64,000 nt of DNA from Eledone cirrhosa (Eukaryota): contig OZ024766.1 of assembly GCA_964016885.1 (NCBI GenBank), positions 4,092,001 through 4,156,000 on the forward strand. Reading direction: 5' to 3'. Position numbers and translations under genes: made by a program. Shown here piece after piece: positions 42,504-57,741 of the stretch (the first letter of the stretch is position 1; every line of letters starts with the position of its first letter). Under the pieces are notes generated by a model, which was not told where the DNA came from, did no database searches, and worked only from the letters and a program-made list of their open reading frames with translations.

Positions 42504-43965
42504 TCATCATCATCATCATTTTACGTCCACTCTTCCCTGCTTGCAAGGGTGGGACGGGTCTTATTCAGCACAGCATCTCTCCACTTTTCACGGTCCTTCG
42601 TCATCTCCACTGTGAGCTTCAACGATCTGAGGTCAGTTCTCACCACCTCCGCCCATGTTTTTCCTGGTCTACCTCTACCACGTCTTCCTTCAACTGGCAT
42701 TTCCTGGCACTTCTTCACCCATCGGTCATCCTCCATGCGCATCACATGTCCATACCACCTCAGTCTCCTCTCCCGTACACTACATTCTATCCCTCTCAGA
42801 CACAGTTTCTCTCTCAACACATCACATGTCCATACCACCTCAGTCTCCTCTCCCGTACACTACATTCTATCCCTCTCAGACACAGTTTCTCTCTCAACAC
42901 ATCACATGTCCATACCATCTCAGTCTCCTCTCCCGTACACTACATTCTATCCCTCTCAGACACAGTTTCTCTCTCAACACATCACATGTCCATACCATCT
43001 CAGTCTCCTCTCCCGTACACTACATTCTATCCCTCTCAGACACAGTTTCTTTCTCAACACATCACATGTCCATACCACCTCAGTCTCCTCTCCCGTACAC
43101 TACATTCTACCCCTCTCAGACACAGTTTCTCTCTCAACACATCACATGTCCATACCACCTCAGTCTCCTCTCCCGTACACTACATTCTATCCCTCTCAGA
43201 CAGTTTCTTTCTCAACACATCACATGTCCATACCACCTCAGTCTCCTCTCCCGTACACTACATTCTATCCCTCTCAGACACAGTTTCTCTCTCAGCACAT
43301 CACATCTCCATACCACCTCAGTCTCCTCTCTCGCACACTACATTCTACCCCTCTCAGACACAGTTTCTCTCTGAACACATCACATGTCCATACCACCTCA
43401 GTCTCCTCTCCCGTACACTACATTCTATCCCTCTCAGACACAGTTTCTCTCTCAGCACATCACATGTCCATACCACCTCAGTCTCCTCTCTCGCACACTA
43501 CATTCTACCCCTCTCAGACACAGTTTCTCTCTGAACACATCACATGTCCATACCACCTCATTCTCCTCTCCCGTACACTACATTCTATCCCTCTCAGACA
43601 CAGTCTCTCTCTCAACACATTACATGTCCATACCACCTCAGTCTCCTCTCTCGCACACTACATTCTACCCCTCTCAGACACAGTTTCTCTCTGAACACAT
43701 CACATGTCCATACCACCTCATTCTCCTCTCCCGTACACTACAACTTATCCCTCTCAGACACAGTCTCTCTCTCAACACATCCATGCTTGGTTGTTCACAC
43801 ACATTGACACTGCACATCCAACGGAGCATGCTTGCCTCATTTCTCTCCAGCCGTCGCATGTCCTCTGCAGTTGCTGCCCATGTCTCACTACCATGCAGCA
43901 TCGCGCTCCTCACACAGGCATCATATAACCGGCCTTTCGTACGCAGGGAGAAACCCTTCTTCGTC
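42504..43965 (-). mobile_element. 5'-truncated RTE LINE with an internal 80-bp tandem array (~13 units, 42741-43781) and (GAT)n tail
   Basis: KGRLYDACVRSAMLHGSETW...RNEASMLRWMC...[DVLREKLCLRGIECSVRERRLRWYGHVM]n RMEDDRWVKKC..GRRGRGRPGKTW...EEWT*. Confidence 0.88.
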
Positions 43966-43994
43966 ATATATATATATATATATATATATATAGG

Positions 43995-45198
43995 AAAATA
44001 CTGTGAAAATACAATAGTATATATAGAGTAATGTAAATGTTATGTGAGGTATTATGTGAGGTAAAGCCTTTACTGTGACAATACAATAGTATATATAGAG
44101 TAATGTAAATGTTATGTGAGGTATTATGTGAGGTAAAGCCTTTACTGTGACAATACAATAGTATATATAGAGTAATGTAAATGTTATGTGAGATATTATG
44201 TGAGGTAAAGCCTTTACTGTGAAAATACAGTAGTATATATAGAGTAATGTAAATGTTATGTGAGATATTATGTGAGGTAAAGTCTTTACTGTGAAAATAC
44301 AATAGTATATATAGAGTAATGTAAATGTTATGTGAGGTATTATGTGAGGTAAAGCCTTTACTGTGAAAATACAATAGTATATATAGAGTAATGTAAATGT
44401 TATGTGAGATATTATGTGAGGTAAAGCCTTTACTGTGACAATACAATAGTATATATAGAGTAATGTAAATGTTATGTGAGATATTATGTGAGGTAAAGCC
44501 TTTACTGTGAAAATACAATAGTATATATAGAGTAATGTAAATGTTATGTGAGATATTATGTGAGGTAAAGCCTTTACTGTGAAAATACAATAGTATATAT
44601 AGAGTAATGTAAATGTTATGTGAGATATTATGTGAGGTAAAGCCTTTACTGTGACAATACAATAGTATATATAGAGTAATGTAAATGTTATGTGAGATAT
44701 TATGTGAGGTAAAGCCTTTACTGTGAAAATACAATAGTATATATAGAGTAATGTAAATGTTATGTGAGATATTATGTGAGGTAAAGCCTTTACTGTGAAA
44801 ATACAATAGTATATATAGAGTAATGTAAATGTTATGTGAGATATTATGTGAGGTAAAGCCTTTACTGTGACAATACAATAGTATATATAGAGTAATGTAA
44901 ATGTTATGTGAGATTTTATGTGAGGTAAAGCCTTTACTGTGACAATACAATAGTATATATAGAGTAATGTAAATGTTATGTGAGGTATTATGTGAGGTAA
45001 AGCCTTTACTGTGACAATACAATAGTATATATAGAGTAATGTAAATGTTATGTGAGATATTATGTGAGGTAAAGCCTTTACTGTGACAATACAATAGTAT
45101 ATATAGAGTAATGTAAATGTTATGTGAGGTATTATGTGAGGTAAAGCCTTTACTGTGAAAATACAATAGTATATATAGAGTAATATATTATGTGAGGT
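43995..45198 (-). repeat. 72-bp satellite (~16-17 units)
   Basis: Same unit as 53024-54360 (opposite orientation) and 6390-6597. Confidence 0.9.
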
Positions 45199-45669
45199 AG
45201 GGGTTGCTGTGTATTCTAATTTATTGTGTATGAGAGGCCCCCAACCTGAAGTGTCCCCGGGACCCGAAGATCTAAATCCGACCTTGTGTGTGTGTAGGAC
45301 TGACCTAGGGTTAAACAACAACACTGGGAGATCAATTGTTTTAATGACTCCCTTTTCTCTCTTATTAAAATTCTCTCTCTCTCTTTCTGTCTCTCGCACA
45401 CGCCCTCAACGACCACCAACACCACCACCACCACTACACCACCACCACTACACCACTACCACCACTACACCACCACCACTACACCACCACCACCACCCAT
45501 TGTCCAAGACAGGATGTTTACAACACCAAAAAAGGTCAAACAAATTAACCCCCCCCCCCCAACCACCCCACTCCTTACCCATCTCTCTTTCAACACACAC
45601 ACATATGTATGTGTGTATATATATATTTATATATATGTGTATATATACATATATATATATATACACACA

Positions 45670-45716
<47 letters not shown>

Positions 45717-45801
45717 ATATATACACATATATATACATACACATATATATATATATAATACACACATATGTGTGTGTATATATATATATATGTGTATATA
45801 T

Positions 45802-45850
<49 letters not shown>

Positions 45851-46012
45851 CACACACATATATGTGTGTATATATATATATGTGTATATATACATATATA
45901 TATATATATACATACATATATGTATATATACATATATATACATACATATATGTATATATACATATATATACACACATATATGTATATATACACATATATA
46001 TATATACACACA

Positions 46013-46054
<42 letters not shown>

Positions 46055-46108
46055 CATATAGATATGTGTGTGTGAGTGTGTGTGTATGTATATGTGTGTG
46101 TGTATGTG

Positions 46109-46143
<35 letters not shown>

Positions 46144-47380
46144 GCACACACACACACGCTTCCACACCACCATAAAACAATACAATCTCATACTATATCA
46201 CCACCACTACACCACCACCACCACCACCACCACCAACACTACACCACCACCACCTCTACCTCTACCACCATAACAACACACCACCACCACCACCACCACT
46301 ACACCACTACACCACCACCACCACCACCACTACACCACCACCACCTCTACCACCATAACAACACACCACCACCACCGCCGCCACTATTTATTTATTTATT
46401 TATTCGTTGTCTGTCCCCTCGACCTTTGTGTCAAACGGGTGTCATGTGTGTCAAATACAGACACCCCCCCCCCATTAGCTGGGTGTCACACCCCGCCACC
46501 AATAGCAACAGACCCCCCTCCCCCCTCCATTGACCGTGTGTCACACACCCCACCACCTGTAGTAGCAGCAGCTCCGCCACCACCACTACACCACCACCAC
46601 CACCACTATCACACCACCACCACCACTACTACACCACCATCACCACCACTACACCACTACCACTACACCACCACCACCACTACTACACCACCACCACTAT
46701 CACCATCACCACCACTACACCACCAACACTACACCACCACCACCATCACCACCACTACACCACCACCACTACACCACCACCACTACACCACCACCACCAT
46801 CACCACCACTACCACTACACCACCACCACCAACACTACACCACCACCACTACCACCACCACTACACCACCACCACTACCACCACCACTACACCACCACCA
46901 CCACTACCACTACACCACCATCACCACCACTACTGCTACACCACCAACACTACACCACCACCACCACCATCACCACCACTACACCACCACCACTACCACC
47001 ACCACTACACCACCACCACTACCACCACCACTACACCACCACCACCACTACCACTACACCACCATCACCACCACTACACCACCATCACCACCACTACACC
47101 ACCACCACTACTTCCACCATCATCACCACCAACCCCATCACCACCACCTCCACCACGAAGACCACTCCCACTCATACACCCTCACTGATACACTCTCACT
47201 CACACTCACACACTATCACTCACACTCACACACACTCTCACTCACACTCACACACTCTCACTCACACTCACTCACTCACACTCTCACTCACACTCACACT
47301 CATACACTCACACTCACACGCTCACTCACACTCTCACTCACACTCACACACGCTCACTCACACTCTCTCTATCATTTCAG

Positions 47381-47463
47381 CCCCAATGGTATGCTGTTAC
47401 CCCACATCGCCAACCTGGACTCAATATGGACGACCACCACCGAAAGCCACCGCAACACACGGC

Positions 47464-47494
<31 letters not shown>

Positions 47495-47663
47495 CCAAGA
47501 CCAGCAGCCTTATCAGAAGTTAGCCTCCAGCTCGGCAGAGGGCAGCACCGTCCTCCCGGTTGCCACGGCAGCGCTGTCGTCTGTCTGGTGTCTGCTGCTG
47601 CTCGTCGCGGCGACTAGTATGTCAGCAGTTGTCGGAGATCTGCTGCTGCTCCAGCTGGACTGA
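47381..47663 (+). CDS. TRABD2: Probable terminal coding exon of the Tiki-like gene with a GPI-anchor-signal-like C-terminus
   Basis: Acceptor tctctctatcatttcag|. The first base C completes the GA left by exon 29446-29536 (GAC, Asp), giving in-frame PNGMLLPHIANLDSIWTTTTESH...(N)10...LASSSAEGSTVLPVATAALSSVWCLLLLVAATSMSAVVGDLLLLQLD*. Small-residue cluster, spacer and hydrophobic tail fit a GPI signal; vertebrate Tiki proteins are reported to be GPI-anchored. Confidence 0.62.
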
Positions 47664-47780
47664 GACTGAACATTGGGTTATTCACTGGATCACATGACTT
47701 ACCAATCACAATCGAGGGAGGGAGGGAGGGTGGGGGGTGGAGAGAGAGAAAAAAATTTAATTTTAGAGCATAGGACACGT

Positions 47781-47845
<65 letters not shown>

Positions 47846-48190
47846 TCATCATCATCATCATTTCATTTTACGTCCGCTTTTCCCTGCTTGCAAGGGTGGG
47901 ACGGGAACTGATTCTGGCTTGATTTCTACAGCTGGATGCCCTTCCTAACACCAACCTCATTTACAGTGAGTGCTGGGTGCTTTTTTTGCCGTGGCACCTC
48001 CACGACCACTTTGCAGTGGAATGATAGGGACCCCAGTCCCTATCATCTCATTTCTACAGCTGAGTAAACTGGAGCAATGTGAAATAAAGTGTCTTGCTCA
48101 AGGACACAACACATCACCCAGGGTGAGAATTAAACTCACAACCTTTCGATTGCAAGGCCAATGCTCTAACCACTAAGCCATGTGCCTCCA
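47846..48190 (-). mobile_element. tRNA-derived SINE, full-length copy
   Basis: Reverse complement of 54657-54997. Confidence 0.85.
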
Positions 48191-48487
48191 TATATATATA
48201 TATGATGGCTGCCCTCTCGTTATCGAGTATGGCCATTGCACGATATACCATTATTAATAATTATTAATTAATTCTATCGTGCAATGCCTGTGCGTGAAGA
48301 TATTTTTAAAAGTGAGGAAAGACTGTGCACTGAGCCAATCCCACTCTCTGAGAGACAGTAGCTATAACCCGAAAAGAAGAAATGATCATCATCATTGGTA
48401 ACTACTGAGCTGCAGGTTTTATATCAGAGTTACCCCAGTTTCCTGAGTTACCTTCTCCTAGAAGAATGCCCTTTATCTCTCTCTGCA

Positions 48488-48554
<67 letters not shown>

Positions 48555-48719
48555 AGGTGAGTGTTTTGAGAAAAAAACCCTTGAACACCAGGAATGCTAG
48601 ATAAAGACCCCCACTACATGTGCTATGTAATAACAGCCCTTATTAAGGGCTGGATATATATAGGGGCACAGTGTAAGGGGAATTCCCTGGGCTCCACTCT
48701 CTCTTATTGCTTATGTGTG

Positions 48720-48765
<46 letters not shown>

Positions 48766-48766
48766 C

Positions 48767-48842
<76 letters not shown>

Positions 48843-48941
48843 ATATATATATATATGTGTGTGTATATATAAATATATATATATATATGTGTATATATAT
48901 ATATATATGTGTGTATATATAAATATATGTATATATATATG

Positions 48942-48974
<33 letters not shown>

Positions 48975-48975
48975 G

Positions 48976-49106
<131 letters not shown>

Positions 49107-49131
49107 GTATATATATATGTATATATATATG

Positions 49132-49165
<34 letters not shown>

Positions 49166-49169
49166 CATA

Positions 49170-49211
<42 letters not shown>

Positions 49212-49277
49212 TATATGTACATATATATGTATATATATATATATATATATATACATATATATATGTACATATATATG

Positions 49278-49318
<41 letters not shown>

Positions 49319-49948
49319 AATGAGGTCCCAGCAAACCTGAGCAACAGTTCTGATTTCCAAATCCCACTCACCCTCTACAGGAGTTGTGACAGACAGACAG
49401 ACAGGATCAGCAAGGAAGACCTAGTCTCCTTTCCCTGATCTAACAAACACCACCTCCACTCACTCTCTCCAGGTTAGGGAAGGCCCTTAAAAAAAAAAAA
49501 AGGGTCGGAGTGCGGGCCGGGGTTATAAATAAACCCCATCCATCCCTTCCACTCTCCTTTGATTAAGTCATCAAACTAACCTTCAGCACGCTGCAGGCGA
49601 CAAAATGCGCCACATGAGTAACTTCCCCTTAATAGATAATGCAGTGACAAGGAAATAACTAAAAAAACTATTAGCATGCTAAAGGTTAAAATGTTCTGAG
49701 TTGCTTATGGTCCTCAGTATTCCGAGTTGAAACCCTGCAAGAGTCAACCTTATATATGATACTTTCTAAGGTATATAGGCAACCAGTTATATACTGGGGG
49801 AGTTTTTTTTATTGCTATAAAGCATGCTAGATGTGAATGGATTTGTAATAAGAATAAGCTGAGCAGCACACATGTAGAGACGTGTGTATATAAACACATA
49901 CACTCACACAGACAGACATATATATATATATATACACTCACACAGACA

Positions 49949-49986
<38 letters not shown>

Positions 49987-50220
49987 CACTCACACAGACA
50001 GACATATATATATATATATACACTCACACAGACAGACATATATATATATATATATGAGTGTATATATATATATATATATATATACACTCACACAGACATA
50101 TATATATATACACACACATACACTCACACAGACAGACGTATATGTATATATATACACTCACACAGACAGACATATATATATACATATATATGCATACATA
50201 TATATATATATATATGTATG

Positions 50221-50270
<50 letters not shown>

Positions 50271-50274
50271 TATG

Positions 50275-50375
<101 letters not shown>

Positions 50376-50620
50376 TTATACATATATATATATATATATA
50401 TACATATTTATACATATATATATATATATACATATTTATACATATATATATATATACATATTTATACATATATATATATATATATATACATATTTATACA
50501 TATATACATATATATATATGCATATAAACACACACACAGATATATACATACACACACGCACACACGCACACACACACAACATATACACACACACATATAT
50601 ATCTATACAAATATATATAT

Positions 50621-50680
<60 letters not shown>

Positions 50681-51236
50681 GGACAGGCGCCTACACACAG
50701 ATATATATATATACATATATATACACACATATATATCTTACCTCCACATACCCAATAATATTGAGATAAGTCAACAGCATAAAGGACAAGCCCAAAGCTT
50801 TTTTCAACAAATTATATTGATAGTACAAAATTTGTAAATAAAAATACTAAGAGGAGACAACTCGTGTTGATGTTTCTTTCATTTTGCTGAATTTTCTATT
50901 TTCTAGCCATGATTCTTCCAACGAGAATTTTTGTTATTTCGTCTTAATTGTTTTAATACTAACTCTAAACCTAACCAATCCATATGGCCATCACTGGTTG
51001 CATTTAAACTGTTTGTATCTACTATTTTATTTATTTAAAAATCCTAAAATAAAATATGTATGCATGTGTATATCATCATCATCATCACCGTTTTACGTCC
51101 GTTCTTCCACGCTAGCCTGGGTTAGATGAGTTGTCTTGTTGTAGGCAGTGTCTGGTTGGCTGACCATGTCTTGCTCATACAGGAACTGATTCTGGCTTGA
51201 TTTCTACAGCTGGATGCCCTTCCTAACACCAACCTC

Positions 51237-52080
51237 ATTTACAGTGAGTGCTGGGTGCTTTTTTTTCTGTGGCACCTACATGTGCACTTTACAGTGTGGG
51301 CTGGATGCTTTTTGCTGTGGCGCCTACATGTGCACTTTACAGTGAGTGTTGGGTGCTTTTTTGCTGTGGCGCCTACATGTGCACTTTACAGTGAGTGTTG
51401 GGTGCTTTTTTGCTGTGGCGCCTAAATGTCCACTTTACAGTATGGGCTGGATGCTTTTAGCTGTGGCGCCTACATGTGCACTTTACAGTGTGGGCTGGGT
51501 GCTTTTTGCTGTGGCGCCTAAATGTCCACTTTACAGTATGGGCTGGATGCTTTTTGCTGTGGCGCCTAAATGTCCACTTTACAGTATGGGCTGGATGCTT
51601 TTAGCTGTGGCGCCTACATGTGCACTTTACAGTGTGGGCTGGGTGCTTTTTGCTGTGGTGCCTACATGTCCACTTTAGAGTGTGGGCTGGGTGCTTTTTG
51701 TCGTGACACCTACATGACCACTTTACAGTGTGGACTGGGTGCTTTTTGTCGTGACACCTACATGACCACTTTACAGTGTGGGCTGGGTGCTTTTTGTTGT
51801 GACACCTACATGTCCACTTTACAGTGTGGGCTGGGGGCTTTTTTGCTGTGGCACCTACATGACCACTTTACAGTGTGGACTGGGTGCTTTTTGTTGTGAC
51901 ACCTACATGACCACTTTACAGTGTGGGCTGGGTGCTTTTTGTTGTGACACCTACATGTCCACTTTACAGTGTGGGCTGGGGGCTTTTTTGCTGTGGCACC
52001 TACATGTCCACTTTACAGTGTGGACTGGGCGCATTTTGTTGTGAGACCTACATGACCACTTTACAGTGTGGACTGGGTGC
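51237..52080 (+). repeat. ~48-50-bp minisatellite amplified from a SINE interior (~17 units)
   Basis: Unit CTTTACAGTGTGGGCTGGGTGCTTTTTGCTGTGGCGCCTACATGTCCA occurs once in ordinary SINE copies (e.g. ~47960-48010) and directly continues the SINE 3' part at ~51070-51240. Confidence 0.85.
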
Positions 52081-52235
52081 AAAAAAAACATGGGCGGAGG
52101 TGGTGAGAGCTGACCTCTGATCACTGAAGCTGTGGAGGAGATGACGAAGGACTGTGACAAGTGGAGAGATGCTGTGCTGAATAGGACCCGTCCCACCCTT
52201 GCAAGCAGGGAAAAGTGGACGTAAAATGATGATGA
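52081..52235 (+). mobile_element. 3' tail of the same RTE family as 42504-43965
   Basis: KKTWAEVVRADL...[21 protein letters not shown] plus (GAT)n. Confidence 0.75.
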
Positions 52236-52789
52236 TATATATATATATATATATATGTAATGTATATATATATATATTACATATATATTAAATATATATA
52301 TATATATTAAATATATATATATATATTTAATATATATGTAATATATATATATATATATTTAATATATATGTAATATATATATATATATATATTACATATA
52401 TATTAAATATATATATATATATTAAATATATATACATATGTAATATATATATTTAATATATATTTAATATATATGTAATATATTACATATATTTAATATA
52501 TATGTAATATATATATTTGATATATATGTTATATATATATATATATTTAATATATATTTAATATATATATTTGATATATATTTAATATATATATAATATA
52601 TATTTGATATATATTTAATATATATATAATATATATATATATATTTAATATATATATATATATATAAAACTACGCATTGAGTGTTCACTTGGGTGAACCT
52701 ACAGTAACTACGTTACACTCCCTATATATATATATATATATATATATAAATATATATATAAATATATATATATATATATTTGGCACACA

Positions 52790-52995
52790 AATAAATTCCT
52801 AGCCACATCAAACACCTAAAAGTAGCAAAAGGAAAAAACCACCAGACATGAATCAAACATATGGTTCTCACCTCCTGGTGTCGCAGGTGAGAGGGAGGTT
52901 GCTATACCTTATAAATAAACATTTCCCTGAAGACCACAAATACAGTCTGATCTTTAACCGACACATGGTGAAACTCATGTATTTGTGTGCCAAAA
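52790..52995 (+). pseudogene. Degenerate fragment of a different PLE lineage (RT/endonuclease linker)
   Basis: Translates with a frameshift as ...NIWFSPP... and INKHFPEDHKYSLIFNRHMVKLMYLC, resembling the PLE motif WFNPP...KHFP..H...IFNRNTVK.SYSC. Confidence 0.55.
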
Positions 52996-53023
52996 GTACA
53001 AAATACTAACCCTAACCCTTTAG

Positions 53024-54360
53024 CATTTACATTACTCTATATATACTGTTGTATTTTCACAGTAAAGGCTTTACCTCACATAATATCTCACATAACATTT
53101 ACATTACTCTATATATACTATTGTATTTTCACAGTAAAGGCTTCACCTCACATAATATCTCACATAACATTTACATTACTCTATATATACTATTGTATTG
53201 TCACAGTAAAGGCTTTACCTCACATAATATCTCACATAACATTTACATTACTCTATATATACTATTGTATTTTCACAGTAAAGGCTTTACCTCACATAAT
53301 ATCTCACATAACATTTACCTTACTCTATATATACTATTGTATTTTCACAGTAAAGGCTTTACCTCACATAATATCTCACATAACATTTACATTACTCTAT
53401 ATATACTATTGTATTTTCACAGTAAAGGCTTTACCTCACATAATATCTCACATAACATTTACATAACTCTATATATACTATTGTATTTTCACAGTAAAGG
53501 CTTTACCTCACATAATAGCTCACATAACATTTACATTACTCTATATATACTATTGTATTGTCACAGTAAAGACTTTACCTCACATAATATCTCACATAAC
53601 ATTTACATTACTCTATATATACTATTGTATTGTCACAGTAAAGGCTTTACCTCACATAATATCTCACATAACATTTACATTACTCTATATATACTATTGT
53701 ATTTTCACAGTAAAGGCTTTACCTCACATAATATCTCACATAACATCTACATTACTCTATATATACTGTTGTATTTTCACAGTAAAGGCTTTACCTCACA
53801 TAATATCTCACATAACATTTACATTACTCTATATATACTATTGTATTTTCACAGTAAGGGCTTTACCTCACATAATATCTCACATAACATTTACATTACT
53901 CTATATATATTATTGTATTTTCACAGTAAAGGCTTTACCTCACATAATATCTCACATAACATTTACATTACTCTATATATACTATTGTATTTTCACAGTA
54001 AAGGCTTTACCTCACATAATATCTCACATAACATTTACATTACTCTATATATACTATTGTATTGTCACAGTAAAGGCTTTACCTCACATAACATTTACAT
54101 TACTCTATATATACTATTGTATTTCACAGTAAAGGCTTTACCTCACATAATATCTCACATAACATTTACATTACTCTATATATACTATTGTATTTTCACA
54201 GTAAGGGCTTTACCTCACATAATACCTCACATAACATTTACATTACTCTATATATACTATTGTATTTTCACAGTAAACGCTTTACCTCACATAATACATC
54301 ACATAACATTTACATTACTGTATATTTACTATTGTATTTTCACATAATTATCTCACATAA
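53024..54360 (+). repeat. 72-bp satellite (~18 units)
   Basis: CATTTACATTACTCTATATATACTATTGTATTTTCACAGTAAAGGCTTTACCTCACATAATATCTCACATAA repeated. Confidence 0.9.
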
Positions 54361-54656
54361 TATCGAATCTATGAGATTTTAATATTATTTATTTTGAGAA
54401 CAATACCTTAACATCAGTATGAGTGGGTGGTTAAAGCTGGTGTTGAACAGAATGAGAATGAAGTCAGAGAATTCTGACTGAATATGTCCGATTTAAATTC
54501 TAAAGGTTTAAAATGAAATGCCTGAGCCCACAAACAGCAAGATGCCACAAACAGCATAGATATATACACATATACATATACACATATACATATATATATA
54601 TATATACATATATATATACACATATAGAGGCACATATATATATATATATACACATA

Positions 54657-54997
54657 TGGAGGCACATGGCTTAGTGGTTAGAGCATTGGCCTTGCAATCG
54701 AAAGGTTGTGAGTTCAATTCTCACCCCGGGTGATGTGTTGTTTCCTTGAGCAAGACACTTTATTTCACATTGCTCCAGTTTACTCAGCTGTAGAAATTAG
54801 ATGATAGGGACTGAGATCCCTATCATTCCACTGCAAAGTGGTCGTGGAGGTGCCACGGCAACAAAGCACCCAGCACTCACTGTAAATGAGGTTGGTGTTA
54901 GGAAGGGCATCCAGCTGTAGAAATCAAGCCAGAATCAGTTCCCGTCCCACCCTTGCAAGCAGGGAAAATGTGAACGTAAAATGAAATGATGATGATG
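54657..54997 (+). mobile_element. tRNA-derived SINE with an RTE-like 3' tail
   Basis: A box TGGCTTAGTGG, B box GAGTTCAATTC, central GTGTTGTTTCCTTGAGCAAGACACTT, and tail CCCGTCCCACCCTTGCAAGCAGGGAAAA...(GAT)n. Copies at 47846-48190(-), 55190-55365(-), 55791-56130(+), 61250-61511(-), 63312-63660(-). Confidence 0.85.
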
Positions 54998-55104
54998 AAA
55001 TGATACATATATATATATATATATATACATATATACATATATATATACACACACACATATATATATATATATATACACACACATATATATATATATATAT
55101 ACAC

Positions 55105-55137
<33 letters not shown>

Positions 55138-55790
55138 TATATATAGGAAAAAGTTTATCCCCGACGGCAGAGTTCAAGCTGTTTCGACGAAATGAGATGA
55201 TAGGGACCCCAGTCCCTATCATCTCATTTCTACAGCTGAGTAAACTGGAGCAATGTGAAATAAAGTGTCTTGCTCAAGGACACAACACATCACCCGGTCT
55301 GAGAATTGAACTCACAACCTTTCGATTGCAAGCCCAATGCTCTAACCACTAAGCCATGTGCCTCCATATATATATATATACATACATGCCTATATATGCA
55401 CATGTATCAAGCATATACCTGTGCACACATGTAGACATGTATCATTGCCAGATAACAGCAGAAATAGACTATGTTCTGTAATCATTGTTCCGTGAAATAC
55501 ACCCAAGGGGATGTTCTTCAGTCGGTAGTTGAAGATATCAAAAGATGTTTCCTAAAAATCCACCCGCCAACCCAACCATGACAATCCCCACTGATATAGT
55601 CAAACAAGAATTCTCTAAATCCCCAAACAGTAGCGTAATGCAAGATTGGCTAAGTTCTTCATAGCATATTTGTTGCATTGCAACCATCAATAGGATACAA
55701 GCAGGGAAAAGCTGACGTAAAATGATGATGATGATGATGATGATGATATATATGTATTATATATATATATATATATATAATGGAGGCAGA

Positions 55791-56127
55791 TGGAGGCACA
55801 TGGCTCAGTGGTTAGAGCATTGGCCTTGCAATCGAAAGGTTGTGAGTTCAATTCTCAGACCGGGTGATGTGTTGTTTCCTTGAGCAAGACACTTTATTTC
55901 ACATTGTTCCAGTTTACTCAGCTGTAGAAATGAGATGATAGGGACTGGGGTCCCTATCATTCCACTGTAAAGTGGTCGTGGAGGTGCCACGGCAAAAAAG
56001 CACCCAGCACTCACTGTAAATGAGGTTGGTGTTAGGAAGGGCATCCAGCTGTAGAAATCAAGCCAAATCAGTTCCCGTCTCACCCTTGCAAGCAGGGAAA
56101 AGTGGACGTTAAATGAAATGAATGAAA

Positions 56128-56130
<3 letters not shown>
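55791..56130 (+). mobile_element. tRNA-derived SINE, full-length copy
   Basis: Highly similar to 54657-54997. Confidence 0.85.
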
Positions 56131-56162
<32 letters not shown>

Positions 56163-56523
56163 CCCATCCCATTACCCCCACCCTATCCACACCACCCCTT
56201 TCAATGTAAAGTTATGTAGGTACCACAACATCCAGCCAGAAACAAATGAGGTTGTGTAGGTGTCACGACAAAAAAAACACACAGTCCACGCTGTAATGAG
56301 GCCGTGTAGGTAACACGGTAAAAACCTCCCAGTCCACACTGTAAACGTGGTTGGTGTTAGGAAGGGCATCCAGCCGTAGAAAACCCGCCAGACAGTCCTA
56401 TGCGAGCAAGACAACCACTCTTGCCTCAAGTGGGAAAACTCCCGTCCAAACCCATGCTAGCGTGGAATATGGACGTTAAACGATGATGATGATGATATAT
56501 ATATATATATATATATATATCTA

Positions 56524-56559
<36 letters not shown>

Positions 56560-56657
56560 AATGAAGTAACACTGCGTTGAGTACTCTTCACAATATTACA
56601 CCAGGATTGACCATACGGAATGACCAGTTCTATCCAGTGGTGAACCAACAAACCTTA

Positions 56658-56698
<41 letters not shown>

Positions 56699-56767
56699 AA
56701 AGTTTTTAAATGGAAGTTGCACTGTTCTAGGTATGTCAAATTTATTTATAAAACGGTTTATATATTG

Positions 56768-56833
56768 TATTTTGTCTGAGGAAGGCATACCATATTTTTA
56801 ATATGGTATCCCTGAAATATATATAATGAAATA
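56768..56833 (+). ncRNA. Type I hammerhead (TATTTTAT family, diverged stem II)
   Basis: TATTTTGT-CTGAGGA-AGGCATACCATATT(TTT)AATATGGTATCCCT-GAAA-TATATA-TA-ATGAAATA. Confidence 0.7.
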
Positions 56834-56873
56834 AATATGGTTTTATAAATATAGTTTCCATTTGTTTAATATC

Positions 56874-56932
<59 letters not shown>

Positions 56933-57413
56933 AAAGTTAAACAAGGTTCAATGAATACATCAAAGGATAAGTTTTACAATAGATTGGAAGCACTCAACTG
57001 AAAAGGTTTTCCAGAGCTATTAATATAAATTATGAAGTTCGTTAAAGTTCAATGTGTAAGTAGAAAATTACACAACATAATTAATCCGGGCAGAATAGCC
57101 GGACATCTTTTCAGATACCACTACTAAAAAACGTGCACCGGCAAAAGACGGTGTTTAGTTCAACATCGCAGCTATACGATGTCTGATAAACATGTTAAAC
57201 GAGGATTCGGCTGAAAAATTCATAAGCTGACTAATATGCTCTCATGGTGTGACCAAATGAGGTTTATTATTCAACATAGTCCCTGGAAAGAAACAATAGA
57301 GTTATTAATAAGATGCATGCATGATTTTACAGCTCTAGCATCACTCCTTCATAGACAGCCAATGAAATTTTCAACTGACCCTCGAATATATATTATATAT
57401 ATATATATATATA

Positions 57414-57586
57414 CGGCGGTGAATTTGTTTTGCAAGGGTTTTCATATGAAATCGTGTGTTGAAACAAATATGGTTATATTTGGGGAGGGTCATATTGTTA
57501 TAATACTGCCAGAAATATATAATAAAACGTGTTTTATAATATATTTCTGTAATATTATAACAATATGACCCTCCCCAAATATAATA
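57414..57586. mobile_element. Small fold-back of the PLE start-codon region
   Basis: Inverted copies of ATGACCCTCCCCAAATATAA; the minus arm encodes MTLPKYNHICFNTRFHMKTLAKQIHRR, then (TA)n. Confidence 0.7.
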
Positions 57587-57741
57587 ATATATATCAGTTC
57601 CCGTATGAGCAAGACAAGGTCAGCCGACCGAACACGGCCCACAACAGGACAGCCCGTCTAACCCATGCTAGCGTGGAAGAACGGACGTAAAACGGTGATG
57701 ATGATGATGATGATGTGTGTATATATATATATGTATGTACA

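Noticed and set aside
42428-44031. Long plus-strand ORFs (368, 381, 239 aa)
   Set aside because: They are antisense read-through of an RTE-derived 80-bp array.
49365-49445. Candidate minus-strand exon with a GTGAGT donor
   Set aside because: All three frames contain stops.
53005-53020. Telomeric repeat
   Set aside because: Only about two CCCTAA units, in an interstitial position.
54657-54730. tRNA gene
   Set aside because: A and B boxes are present, but they are the head of a multi-copy SINE, and I could not form a full cloverleaf.
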